In this document: positions 38,287-47,644 of the stretch, piece by piece
Layout of the letters: the number at the start of each line of letters is the position of its first letter
Position numbering within the stretch: position 1 is the stretch's first letter
IMG/VR virus record: IMGVR_UViG_3300021197_000748
Location: 1 to 57,038 of that record
Direction: 5' to 3' (one strand)
DNA: 57,038 nt
From: a virus
Taxonomy: Duplodnaviria; Caudoviricetes
Translations under genes and position numbers: made by a program
Notes under the pieces: generated by a model
Database searches by the model: none
Told to the model about the DNA's origin: nothing
What the model saw: only the letters and a program-made list of their open reading frames with translations

Positions 38287-38454
38287 TGTTAGGCTCCTTT
38301 TGTTTATGAATCATTATTAAATCGAACAAGTAAGTGAACACGTTGCTTAGACTGAGCTTGATACTTCCGGAAGAGGTTGCTCCTGCTGAGGGAATCACAT
38401 CCGTTAGATCAATGAGTCAGGTGAGAGCCAGCTCTAAAGAGGGGATCACCGTTA

Positions 38455-39441
38455 TCACTGAAGCGTACGCCAATCAGTATAGGCAGCCCGCTGGTCCACG
38501 GCCATTCGGAACTTCTCGTCCCGAGCGTACCGCGGGTTGGACTTGTCCATGCTGTATTCAGCCATAGACTTATAGCCCGGGAGTCGCACAGGTTGGGCGG
38601 TTGCGGGAGTAACCGTATCAACCTTACGTGCGGGTTCAGCGTCAGCGTTAGCCGCATCAAACGCCGAGGTAAGTCCTCGAAGAGTCAGCTCCGACGAGGG
38701 GCCAGCGAGTCCCGTCTGGAGAGCTTGAAGTTGCTCGCCAGAGAAATTGTTCGCGGCCCATCGCAGGATCTTCGAGAGCTTGGCTCCGTCTCCAACCACG
38801 GCCGCTGCCTTGTTGAATGCCTGCTGGCGCTTGGCCTGCTGTGCTTCAAGAAAGTCATCGACCATGGCTTCAGTGAAGCCAGTCTTTGCGCGAAGCTCGG
38901 TGCGGCTCTCGGGTGAGAGCTTACCGGACGTCGCGACTTCTACATTCCACTTTTCGTAGTCCGCTTCAGACACGGGACCGCTGACAGGAGCTTCCGGTGC
39001 GGGAGCTGCTTCAGTGGTCTCGGGAATACGAAGCTCATCAAGCATAGGCTCGGCCGGGGTAATGGCCGGGGCTGCTTCAGGAGCCGGTTCAGCGGGAGCA
39101 GTATGGTTCGGGTTGTTAGTTGACCCGGACATTTCGTACTGCCTCTTGAGATCAGCGATCTCCTGCTGAGTCTGGGTGTACTTAGCCTGAGCTCCCTTGA
39201 GGGAGTCGAACCAAGCACCAGCATCAGCGAAGTTCTCGGGAATCTTAGAACCCTGGTCTGCGACGTGTCGCTCGAACATGGCTCGCTCGTGGGCAGCCTG
39301 AACAGCGGCGGGATCCGCCAGCGGGTCAGCCTTAACCTCAGCGAGACCAGCCATAGCTTCGGTCGTCATAGGTGCATCAGCACCAGGAGTGGTAGATTCA
39401 ACGGGAGCTTCTTCACGGTAATCGGGATTTTCTTCTGACAT
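38455..39441 (-). CDS. Capsid scaffolding protein (gp9-like)
   Basis: GKLSPES, LRWAANN, GYKSMAEY..DKSNPRYARDEKFRMAV; between portal and capsid. Confidence 0.9.
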   Translation of the reverse strand: MSEENPDYREEAPVESTTPGADAPMTTEAMAGLAEVKADPLADPAAVQAAHERAMFERHVADQGSKIPENFADAGAWFDSLKGAQAKYTQTQQEIADLKRQYEMSGSTNNPNHTAPAEPAPEAAPAITPAEPMLDELRIPETTEAAPAPEAPVSGPVSEADYEKWNVEVATSGKLSPESRTELRAKTGFTEAMVDDFLEAQQAKRQQAFNKAAAVVGDGAKLSKILRWAANNFSGEQLQALQTGLAGPSSELTLRGLTSAFDAANADAEPARKVDTVTPATAQPVRLPGYKSMAEYSMDKSNPRYARDEKFRMAVDQRAAYTDWRTLQ

Positions 39442-39457
39442 AGTGTTCTCCTAAAAA

Positions 39458-41086
39458 TCACATAGGCGGAGCGGCCGGGTTGGCCTGTCCACCCATCATT
39501 TGCATTGCAGCTTCAGTGATACCAGTCTGTGCAGCCTGGCCGACACCCTGCGCGACTCCCTGGGAGACGGCGCCCTGTGCCTGCATCTGCATCTGCTGTT
39601 GCATCTGTTGCTGTTGCGCAGCTTGCTGCTCCTCCTCAGAAGCAACCCAGTTGCGCGGGTCAAAACCAATGGCGGAGATAAGCGATGATGCATACTCCGT
39701 CCACTTGAACGACTGAATAGCTTCGGGCGGGAGGTTACGAACCATCTCACCCATCTGCATCAGCTTGGTTAGATCCGAGTCACGGCTAAGAGCCTGCAGA
39801 CCGGTAACCACGTTCACTGAGAGCTGACCATCCGAGGTAAGCTCGGCGGCCAGGCGTTCATCAATCGCACCTTCCTTAATCATAAGGGTGATAGTACGGC
39901 GGATGATCGGCTGGAGCATAGCACGAGCGATCGAGCTGAAGGCACCGCCGAGAACGTTCTCGATCTCCATGCCCATCATTCGAACTTCCGTAGCCGTAAC
40001 GCGCTCAGCCGAGCGGACGCCTGCCGAACCGAGGAGGAAGGCGTTGCCAACCTCGCGGCGCATCTGTTCAACGGCCGTCTGACAGGCGCTCAGCTGTGGG
40101 CTGATCGTCTGGGCAGGCGAGACCGTGAACACATCCTGCTGTCGGGCACCGACGAAAGCTCCGTTGGGAGACTCCGCGATGTCGTCCAGCTCGGTGATAC
40201 CGGCGGGATCCACGGCCACCCAGAAGGTGGACGCAGCCGTCATACCATCAATCATCGACTTGGTATACGCTTCGAGCGTTTCCATATCGCCGAGGATTTC
40301 CTCACAGTGGCTTCGACCGTAGTCTTCACCGGTGACGCCCATCCATCGCATCGCCATGAAAGGCGAGGCGGCGAAGACGCCAGAATCAATCTTATTTCCT
40401 TCTGCGTCCTCAGACCAGAAGTCCCAGGTTCCTTCCTTGTCGTTCCACACCACGCGGTTGAAGTACGCCTCGTAGTCAGGCATAGCCGACATAGCGTTCC
40501 ATGAGCTGGGGAAGAACTGGTTATCAAATGCCTCGTACGCCGGGTTGTTGGGATCCTTGGGCTTCCAGTCGAGATAGATAATCTCAACAACGGAGCCGTC
40601 GATGTCCCGTCGGACCACGTACTGGTCGAGGCGGTAGATACGGAAAGAATAATCATCATCCATAACGACAAGCACATCACCAGAAACGATAAGATGCTGG
40701 AGCGCCATGAAGATGGACTCACGCATGTTGTTCGCGGTAAGCTTAGCGTACACCTGGTGTGCCAGGCTTTCCATGTAGCCATACGCCTCGCTTGAAGGCT
40801 CAGTCCCATCATTCAAGTCAAACTTAAAGAATGGAAGATCGTTGAGCGGGATCAGAGCGGACAGCATACGGCTGGCCATGTTGGTAACGCCTCGGGCTGC
40901 AACAGAGCTATAAGGCTTGGGCAGTTCCGAGGTGTTGGTGATGCCGTTGGGCGGCAACAGAGTGGGAAGCGTGAGGGATGCCATGTATCGGGATCGCTCG
41001 AGCTTCATGTCACGCACACTGTCAAGGTGATTAAACCGAGCAGCGATCGTAGTATCTTCAGTAGGCTTGGCCAGGTTCTTAGGCAT
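39458..41086 (-). CDS. Portal / head-tail connector (gp8-like)
   Basis: LTLPTLLP, YSSVAARGVTNMASRMLSAL, GEDYGRSHCEE, RSAERVTATEVR, VTGLQALSR. Confidence 0.97.
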   Translation of the reverse strand: MPKNLAKPTEDTTIAARFNHLDSVRDMKLERSRYMASLTLPTLLPPNGITNTSELPKPYSSVAARGVTNMASRMLSALIPLNDLPFFKFDLNDGTEPSSEAYGYMESLAHQVYAKLTANNMRESIFMALQHLIVSGDVLVVMDDDYSFRIYRLDQYVVRRDIDGSVVEIIYLDWKPKDPNNPAYEAFDNQFFPSSWNAMSAMPDYEAYFNRVVWNDKEGTWDFWSEDAEGNKIDSGVFAASPFMAMRWMGVTGEDYGRSHCEEILGDMETLEAYTKSMIDGMTAASTFWVAVDPAGITELDDIAESPNGAFVGARQQDVFTVSPAQTISPQLSACQTAVEQMRREVGNAFLLGSAGVRSAERVTATEVRMMGMEIENVLGGAFSSIARAMLQPIIRRTITLMIKEGAIDERLAAELTSDGQLSVNVVTGLQALSRDSDLTKLMQMGEMVRNLPPEAIQSFKWTEYASSLISAIGFDPRNWVASEEEQQAAQQQQMQQQMQMQAQGAVSQGVAQGVGQAAQTGITEAAMQMMGGQANPAAPPM

Positions 41087-41094
41087 AGATCACC

Positions 41095-41487
41095 TCAAAC
41101 CGGCCGGGTGTTAGCACCAGTGGTGCCGCGACCGAGGCCTGTTGCGAGAGCAGCTTCGAGCTTGCCGAAGTCTGCCTCTAGGTCATCTTCTTCATCCACA
41201 TCCTGCTGGGCATCGAGCTCGACGTCAAGCGCCTTCTGAGCCTTGGCGAGGTCCTGCTGAGTGCGGCGTTCCTGCTGTTCCATAATCAGCTTCATTTCGT
41301 CGTCCTTCTGGGCGAGCTTGTCCTGAAGCGCGGCTGCCTCATCGGCAGCGTTGGCCAGCATACGATCGTTGTCAAGCGCTTGGCGCTCGAGCATGGCGGT
41401 CATCTCAGCCTGAGACATACCGCCTTGAATGACAGGCGAACCTCCAAAGAAGAGAGGCCCACCCTTGAATGCTCTATAGTGGTGCAT
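41095..41487 (-). CDS. Hypothetical protein, gp7.3-like position
   Basis: 130 aa with GGAGG RBS; FFGGSP N-terminus and coiled coil; just upstream of portal. Confidence 0.55.
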   Translation of the reverse strand: MHHYRAFKGGPLFFGGSPVIQGGMSQAEMTAMLERQALDNDRMLANAADEAAALQDKLAQKDDEMKLIMEQQERRTQQDLAKAQKALDVELDAQQDVDEEDDLEADFGKLEAALATGLGRGTTGANTRPV

Positions 41488-41498
41488 TGTAGTACCTC

Positions 41499-42899
41499 CT
41501 ATTGGGGTCGAATGTTACTAAATGAAATGCTACCGGCTTCATCTTCAGAAGCACCGTAGCTCGAGAGAGTTGACGCGTACTCCTGCTTCTGCTGTTCCAG
41601 CGTCATCTCGTACTTACGCTTTTCCTCAAGCAGCGTCTGCTGCCTATCCTTGTTCATCTGGTTACGACGCTCAACGTCAAGAGCGGTTGACTCCGCGAGA
41701 CTCTTGCGACGATTGAACTCATCACGAGTACGATTGATATCCTGCAGATCCCCGATTTCAAATCGAGCATGGGTATCAAACGCCATGTCTTCGAGTACCT
41801 TGTTGATATCATAATCCTGAGCTCTCATGAGAGCTTGAGTACCGCTGACTGCCGTACCTTCGCCCTGGTAGGTGTTGCCGAAGTAACCCTCGGTACCACC
41901 GCTGAGCTCGGCCAGAGTACGATACTCTGCGAACTTCGTAACTTCGTCATAAGATTCAATAAAACGCTTAGCATCGTTATAGCTATCGTTAGTAAAGCCA
42001 GTGTCACCGAGCTTAACGTAGCCCTTACCAATACCGCCTTTGTCCTTGTACAGAGCATCGGCCGAGTTGAACGCGGACATGAAGTCTGAATCAGCATCAA
42101 AGTCCTCGACGCTAAAGCCCTTATCTGAGGCCATTTTACCATAGAGGTCTGACGTGATCTCATCACGGCGCGTCGTGTACTTGGTGTTAACGAAGTTACG
42201 AGCGTCGTCAAGAGTAGCCATGCTGTTGTAAGCGCCGGCTTCGTCGAACTCATCAGTAAAGCTACGCGTGGCACCAGTGACAGGATCCTTAAAAGTAAGA
42301 TCAGACTGCATTGCCTGCGGTGCCGTTGCACCACCAAGCTCAGCAATAGTCCGCTGTGTAGCCTGCATCTGCCGCTTGGCAGCCTGCGAGTAAGCACCCA
42401 TGGATGAGGTCTTACTAGGACCACTGGCAAGCCCAGCTCGAGCCTTATCAAGATCGGCCTGCATGCTCATGTAGGCTTCGTCCTGTAGACCAGCCGTCTG
42501 CATTATGCTTTCAACCTGAGCTTGGTATGTGGAACCCTGACGAGCCCAGTCTTCATACTTCTCCATATCCTCGGCACCACGCTCGGCCATGAAGCGCTGA
42601 GCTCCGTAGCTGGCCACGCGAGCGCCGGTCGACTCGAACAGATTCTGTGAGAACACAGGACCTGTTGCTTCTCCGAACATACCACCAGAAGCCTGCGGTC
42701 CAGTAGCGCCGGCCCACTTCTGATGCTGAAACGAGTAGCGGCCGGGGGTGCCCTGCTGAGAGTCACCCATATACTTGAAATCCTTAACCCAACCGAGATC
42801 ACTGTAGCCGCTCTCATTAAGAGTGTCGCCTACATTGATCCCGGTCGTGGCAAGGAAGTCGTTATACATATTATCAAAATTATAGATGCTGGCACTCAT
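41499..42899 (-). CDS. Hypothetical protein, 466 aa, probably virion-associated
   Basis: Long ORF with GGAGG RBS and ATGA coupling; C-terminal coiled coil; ends in RPQ like the neighbour's RPV. Confidence 0.6.
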   Translation of the reverse strand: MSASIYNFDNMYNDFLATTGINVGDTLNESGYSDLGWVKDFKYMGDSQQGTPGRYSFQHQKWAGATGPQASGGMFGEATGPVFSQNLFESTGARVASYGAQRFMAERGAEDMEKYEDWARQGSTYQAQVESIMQTAGLQDEAYMSMQADLDKARAGLASGPSKTSSMGAYSQAAKRQMQATQRTIAELGGATAPQAMQSDLTFKDPVTGATRSFTDEFDEAGAYNSMATLDDARNFVNTKYTTRRDEITSDLYGKMASDKGFSVEDFDADSDFMSAFNSADALYKDKGGIGKGYVKLGDTGFTNDSYNDAKRFIESYDEVTKFAEYRTLAELSGGTEGYFGNTYQGEGTAVSGTQALMRAQDYDINKVLEDMAFDTHARFEIGDLQDINRTRDEFNRRKSLAESTALDVERRNQMNKDRQQTLLEEKRKYEMTLEQQKQEYASTLSSYGASEDEAGSISFSNIRPQ

Positions 42900-43072
42900 T
42901 TGGTGCCCTCCTTCCAGCGGAACTCAAGAGACTCGAGCTTCTGCATAGCCCAAAGCTGTCCCGCATAAAAGGCCTGCTCACGTGCAATGTCCTCAGCGCT
43001 CTTCGTCGAGCTGTACTTTGGAACTGTCAGCAGTTTTCTTAGATCCGCGATTCCCTCCTCGAGGGAGGGCAT
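42896..43072 (-). CDS. Small hypothetical protein (T7 gp6.5-like position)
   Basis: IAREQAFYAGQLWAMQKL resembles the 'xxxAGQxxVxxxL' motif of podoviral pre-portal proteins; start uncertain. Confidence 0.55.
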   Translation of the reverse strand: MPSLEEGIADLRKLLTVPKYSSTKSAEDIAREQAFYAGQLWAMQKLESLEFRWKEGTK

Positions 43073-43217
43073 CGAGCTTACTGTTGAGTGCTTCAAGTTG
43101 AGCCTCCATTTCCTCGATGAGGGTTAGAATATCACCAATAACGAGGGACATTTCCCCCGCCCCAAGGCTAGCTCCACGGCGGAGCTTAGCCTTGAGGATC
43201 ATTTTAATATCAGTCAT
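42993..43217 (-). CDS. Small coiled-coil hypothetical protein
   Basis: GGAG RBS; overlaps the RNR stop; LIEEMEAQLEALNSKL heptads. Confidence 0.55.
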   Translation of the reverse strand: MTDIKMILKAKLRRGASLGAGEMSLVIGDILTLIEEMEAQLEALNSKLDALPRGGNRGSKKTADSSKVQLDEER

Positions 43218-45099
43218 CGTTGTTCTCCGTGATGTCTACGACTTCGCAGGAGTTGCCCGAACAGGCGAACGTCTGCGAGCCCTTAGTGTTATCCTCAGCT
43301 TCATATTCAGACAGCCGGTCCCAGTCAATGACAGGGAAGGCGGCCACGCGGCGCGCGTATTCTTCGTGGCTGATCTCCTCGTAGGGAGCTTGCTTGTACA
43401 CATGCTCGCTCCGGGGAAGGAACGACAAACCCTGGGCAATATCCCAGTGAGTATCGTACAGATCAGCGCCTAGCGCCATAAATTCTTCAGACTTGTATTC
43501 GATCGTGACCGACGGGTTATGGTCGGTCCAAAATCGCTTGATGACGGACCAGTCGTCCATCATGTCCTTGGCCGTGCCTCGAGTCTTCGGGCCGTCATAG
43601 CCGACGACGAAGTCGAACACGTAGGTGTTGGTGGGGTTGTTGACACAATCCTCACCTGGCACACCAGAGTCGAACATGAGCTGGAACAGTGGGTCCTTCT
43701 TGTCGATGCGGACTCGCCGGATATAGAACGGTGCGTAGCGGTGGTGGATACCAGACGCTGAGTCCACGAGGCAGGACACGGTGCCCGAAGGCTTGACCGT
43801 GGTGACAGCGCGGCTTGACTCGATGCCGAGCTTGTGAGCCCAGATATCGTTGGTCTGCACGGCCACGAGACGGGCGTCGCGCAGGGCCGTAGTGTCGAGA
43901 GCGAGGTCGCGGTTGTCCTGGATGCCCGTAAGCGAGACGCCGAGCAGTCGTTCCTCTTCAGAGTTACGCTGCCAAGCCTTCCGCAGGTACGGGAAGTGGG
44001 TACACATGGACTGTACCGTGCCGATGATCGTAGCGATCTCGACGCGGCGGTTGAGCTCGACCGTACTCATGCCCGGCCGGACCACGACCTCGGTGAGGTT
44101 GCAGAACTGCATTGGGCGGAGCGTAATCTCACCACAGGGGTTAGTCCCGAAGTGATGATCACCGTCTCGATCAATCTCCTTGGAGCAGTTCTGTGCAGCT
44201 TCACGATTGAAGATGCCACGCTCGCCGGAGTACGACCGGTAGATGCTGAGCCACTCTTCCATGAACACGTCCATCTCAGGACGGTGAGTGTAAACAGCCG
44301 AGTTGTTAGCCAGGGAACGGTAGGAGTGCTTCTCCCACCAGTTCCCTGACTTCGCTCGGGCCATCTCATGGTCATCCAGATCGGACAACGAGATCATGGC
44401 CGAGCGGCGCACGCCGCCAACGATTACAGAGTTAGCAATGACACACGCAATGTCATGCACCTCAATGGGGCGGAAAGCGCGGCCGCGGGCGTTGTACACT
44501 GCGTTGGTAATAAACCGAAGGCAGTCTTCCAACGGACCCGGGCCACTTGCACGCCCTCCGAAGGTCTTAAGACGAGCACCAGCCGGGCGAACCCCGCTGA
44601 TGTCCCAGGTGGGGTGTACGCCATCCATAAGGTTGGTGAGCAGTGCCTTGACGGCATCAGCCCAGCCAGCCTTTGAGTCTGCCACCTTGATCACGACGGA
44701 CTCGTCGCGGGTGATATCCTCGGGGATGGTACCCCACTTATCGATGACCCGTTTCTCCACCGAGTAGCCTACGCCGGTACCATTCATCAGAATGTACAGG
44801 AGCTCGGCCATAGCGATGGGGGAATCGAGATCGATATATGAACAATTATAAACAGAGGTGTTGTCGCGGTCGGCTGCATTGCCTGCGGTCATGAGAGCAC
44901 GCATGCTCGGCATCACCTCAAGATTATATACAGCTTCCCGGATCTCAGGTCGGTCGCTGAGAGCTGGCGCTTTGGTAAGCATCCAGCCCCACCAGCGGTC
45001 GACGGTCTCGCCCCAGTTCTCGCGGCGACCGAGGTCGTCCCGCCAGCGGGCGTACTTGGACTGGTGGATGAAGGTCTGAAACGGGGACATGTCCATCAT
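43210..45099 (-). CDS. nrdJ: Class II (B12-dependent) ribonucleotide reductase
   Basis: MPSMRALMTAG, YNCSY, GTGVGYSV, FGGRASGP, GGVRRSA, TNPCGEI, FCNLTEV, TTVKPSGT, C-terminal CSGNSC; no beta-subunit gene nearby. Confidence 0.93.
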   Translation of the reverse strand: MMDMSPFQTFIHQSKYARWRDDLGRRENWGETVDRWWGWMLTKAPALSDRPEIREAVYNLEVMPSMRALMTAGNAADRDNTSVYNCSYIDLDSPIAMAELLYILMNGTGVGYSVEKRVIDKWGTIPEDITRDESVVIKVADSKAGWADAVKALLTNLMDGVHPTWDISGVRPAGARLKTFGGRASGPGPLEDCLRFITNAVYNARGRAFRPIEVHDIACVIANSVIVGGVRRSAMISLSDLDDHEMARAKSGNWWEKHSYRSLANNSAVYTHRPEMDVFMEEWLSIYRSYSGERGIFNREAAQNCSKEIDRDGDHHFGTNPCGEITLRPMQFCNLTEVVVRPGMSTVELNRRVEIATIIGTVQSMCTHFPYLRKAWQRNSEEERLLGVSLTGIQDNRDLALDTTALRDARLVAVQTNDIWAHKLGIESSRAVTTVKPSGTVSCLVDSASGIHHRYAPFYIRRVRIDKKDPLFQLMFDSGVPGEDCVNNPTNTYVFDFVVGYDGPKTRGTAKDMMDDWSVIKRFWTDHNPSVTIEYKSEEFMALGADLYDTHWDIAQGLSFLPRSEHVYKQAPYEEISHEEYARRVAAFPVIDWDRLSEYEAEDNTKGSQTFACSGNSCEVVDITENNDD

Positions 45100-45518
45100 G
45101 CACCGCCAGTCGAACCGAAGCCACCAGCACCCCGCTCGGTGACCGTCAGGTCCTCGAGTGAGGTAACTTCCTCAGCCATGGTGTCGCAACGGACGACCAC
45201 GAGCTGAACAATACGATCGCCAGGCCTGATAGCCATCCACCCCTTGGTGGTATCGCGGCGGGCCTTAACGATAATCTCTCCCCTATAATCAGAGTCAATG
45301 ACCCCGACCGTGTTGGCAAGCGTCCAGCCGCTTGACCCCCAGCTCGAGCGGGGTAGGAGCAAGCCCACCCAGCCCTTAGGGATCTCCACGTGGATGCCAG
45401 TCTTCACGGTAGATTCATGGCCATTGTTGGTAACCTCGTTAGCGCAGAGGTCGAAACCCGCCGAGCCATCAGTGGCAACGATCGGGTTGTAGTTTCCATT
45501 ATTATAATACTTAATCAT
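45096..45518 (-). CDS. dut: Trimeric dUTPase
   Basis: SAGFDL, PRSS, GVIDSDYRGEI, GDRIVQLV, RGAGGFGSTG. Confidence 0.97.
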   Translation of the reverse strand: MIKYYNNGNYNPIVATDGSAGFDLCANEVTNNGHESTVKTGIHVEIPKGWVGLLLPRSSWGSSGWTLANTVGVIDSDYRGEIIVKARRDTTKGWMAIRPGDRIVQLVVVRCDTMAEEVTSLEDLTVTERGAGGFGSTGGA

Positions 45519-45553
45519 GATAGTGTTTCCTCAGGTTAGTAGATCTTAACGTC

Positions 45554-45578
45554 TTCTCTTATTACTTCCAGTTAAGAG
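45554..45578 (-). promoter_or_regulatory. Putative phage RNAP promoter, copy 2
   Basis: Minus CTCTTAACTGGAAGTAATAAGAGAA; 24/25 identical to 56002-56026; intergenic, upstream of dut. Confidence 0.65.
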
Positions 45579-45586
45579 TAGGCCCC

Positions 45587-46354
45587 TCAGAAGGGGTCAT
45601 AGAGCGCCACTCCGCCCTCTCGGGACCACTCGCCGGCCCGCAGAATGCGAGCACAACGAGCCATTGCGAGACAGTATTCCAGGTCGAAGCCCTTGGCCTC
45701 GTACGTAGCCAGGACTAGAGCGTCCCAGTTTTCGCGTCTGTTAGCCCGCAATAATTTTTCAGCAGTTTTTGGGCCCACCCTAGGGAGGCCAGGGTAGTTA
45801 TCAGTCATGTCGCCCATGAGCCACTGCTTGAAGAACAGCTCATCGGCTCGCCACTCGGGCTGATAGATAATCTCAGCCTCATGTGTGACCTTGCCCTGCT
45901 TGCCATTCTCATCCCGCTTGCCGGTGTGAGAATACTGTGGGCGGTAGTGCCACCCCGGGCAGGACAACAGGTCCTTGTCCAGGGTGACCGCCACGGCCTT
46001 GCCTGAGGAGCAAGCGATGCCCATCAGGTCGTCGGCCTCGAGGGTCGGGACGTACTTCTTGTGGAAGTCGTCCTCCTCGAGTTGCTCTCTAGCGTAGCTC
46101 AGCTTGGCCGCGAGGTCTTCGTCGACCTCGAGCTTATCACGCTGAGCCTTGTAGTCCGAGTACACCGTGCGACGGTAGTTGTTGGATCGGCTGTCCGAGA
46201 GCGCTACGAGCACGTGAGTACACCCAGGAGGCGTCCACGCGCGCAGAGTCTGATTGAGGACCATCGGCAGGTCCTCGATATCGTTAGTAATATAAGCCGT
46301 GCGGTGGGCGACCATGTCGCCATCAAGCAGGGCCGTCGTCGGCATCGTCATCAT
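45587..46354 (-). CDS. 5'-3' exonuclease (gp6-like)
   Basis: LLDGDMVA, NYR..VYSDYKAQR, LEADDLMGI, DKDL, GDMTDNYPGLPRVGPKTA. Confidence 0.95.
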   Translation of the reverse strand: MMTMPTTALLDGDMVAHRTAYITNDIEDLPMVLNQTLRAWTPPGCTHVLVALSDSRSNNYRRTVYSDYKAQRDKLEVDEDLAAKLSYAREQLEEDDFHKKYVPTLEADDLMGIACSSGKAVAVTLDKDLLSCPGWHYRPQYSHTGKRDENGKQGKVTHEAEIIYQPEWRADELFFKQWLMGDMTDNYPGLPRVGPKTAEKLLRANRRENWDALVLATYEAKGFDLEYCLAMARCARILRAGEWSREGGVALYDPF

Positions 46355-47219
46355 CTTCTAGATCCTCCTTGAATGTGGTCCACCAGTCTTGGGCGAACAT
46401 ATCCTGTACGGACATCTCGCCACTCTCGATCTTAGCAACAAGCTCATCAAAGTGTTCGATGATCTTATCCTTCATCTCCTGGCTCATCTCTTCGTCTTCC
46501 AGCACCTGACGCTTGGCTTCGTTAAAGCCTTCGATCAGTTCATCTGGCTGGACGTCGAACTGGAATGCCCGGCACTCGGCACAGTCGCATGGGTTAGCGA
46601 ACCTAGACGGGTGATCTCCCACGAAGTGAGGCATACGCTCCTCGATCTTTTCCTCGAGCTCTTCGACACTCTTATCATTAACGATGGCCCAGTTGAATAG
46701 GCTCTCGTAGTCAGGATCGCCACCTTCGACCTTCTGGGCGAGCCACTCGGATTCGTGAGCACGCCACGCGGCATCAGCCTCGTCGACCTCACGCTTGCCC
46801 TTAAAGATAAAGAGGCGGATAGCCTCGAACTGCTTGACAGCGTTGAGCTCGTTGTGGTAGCGGCAGTCGTCACAGATGATGACGGTTTCCTTCCAGTCAC
46901 CATCAACCACTGGCTGCTCAGTTTCCTTACACTGTTCTTCCGCCACCATCTCGAGCCACAGGTTGACCCAGTGGTCCTCGTTCTGCTCTCGCTTGCCCGC
47001 GCCGAGCTCCTGGCATTCCTTGCGGTATACATCAGGCATCTCGGCCTTGAACTTGCGGGCATCCTTATAGCCGTGCTTCTCAGCGCACGCCTGCTTGAGT
47101 GGGGTGGAGAATGAGATACGCTTGGGGTTCTTCCCCAGCATGGCTGCTTCCATCTCGATGATGTCTGCAACCTCAGTCTTACCGACTCGGGCGATTCCGC
47201 CCAGTACGATTACTTGCAT
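46323..47219 (-). CDS. Deoxynucleoside monophosphate kinase-like protein with C-terminal extension
   Basis: P-loop GGIARVGKT, FSTPLK, WVN, IICDDCRYHNE, HESE, IVND; extra CDCAEC plus acidic helical tail. Confidence 0.8.
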   Translation of the reverse strand: MQVIVLGGIARVGKTEVADIIEMEAAMLGKNPKRISFSTPLKQACAEKHGYKDARKFKAEMPDVYRKECQELGAGKREQNEDHWVNLWLEMVAEEQCKETEQPVVDGDWKETVIICDDCRYHNELNAVKQFEAIRLFIFKGKREVDEADAAWRAHESEWLAQKVEGGDPDYESLFNWAIVNDKSVEELEEKIEERMPHFVGDHPSRFANPCDCAECRAFQFDVQPDELIEGFNEAKRQVLEDEEMSQEMKDKIIEHFDELVAKIESGEMSVQDMFAQDWWTTFKEDLEDDDDADDGPA

Positions 47220-47644
47220 GTGTAGAACTCCTTCATCAGTTTGTTTGGTAGGAACCGCTCGTTGACATCTAGTCCGATAATCTTCAGGCAGCGCCAGACG
47301 AGATCGGTACAGGACTTAGGCGTAGGCAGAAACCGACCGGTGAAGTTATAGAGATAGAGATACGGCCTGTTGATCGAGCCGTAGTCATTGAGAAGCTGAG
47401 AGATAGCAGGCATAGCACCCTGCGGTAGTGGTCTCGTGCACGTCAGCACATTGGGTGCACAGTACACCTTCTCGAGCACTCGAGTCTGACGCCAGTAGGC
47501 GCCATACTGGTTAACGAAGGTTTCAAATGGCCCAATGCGAAGAGCAACATGGTTGATCTTGGCTTTGGACCAGTATGATACCTGCTTATTTTCCCAGTGG
47601 AACTTGGACCAGTCGTATCCTACGATTCGGTATGTCAGTGGCAT
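47210..47644 (-). CDS. Permuted papain-like (NlpC/P60, YiiX-like) peptidase/amidase
   Basis: His before Cys: SKAKINHVAL ... Y ... KSCTDLVWRCL ... LPNKL. Confidence 0.55.
   Translation of the reverse strand: MPLTYRIVGYDWSKFHWENKQVSYWSKAKINHVALRIGPFETFVNQYGAYWRQTRVLEKVYCAPNVLTCTRPLPQGAMPAISQLLNDYGSINRPYLYLYNFTGRFLPTPKSCTDLVWRCLKIIGLDVNERFLPNKLMKEFYTCK

Noticed and set aside
37114-38292. 392-aa plus-strand ORF mirroring the capsid gene
   Set aside because: In-register antisense frame produced by strong codon bias.
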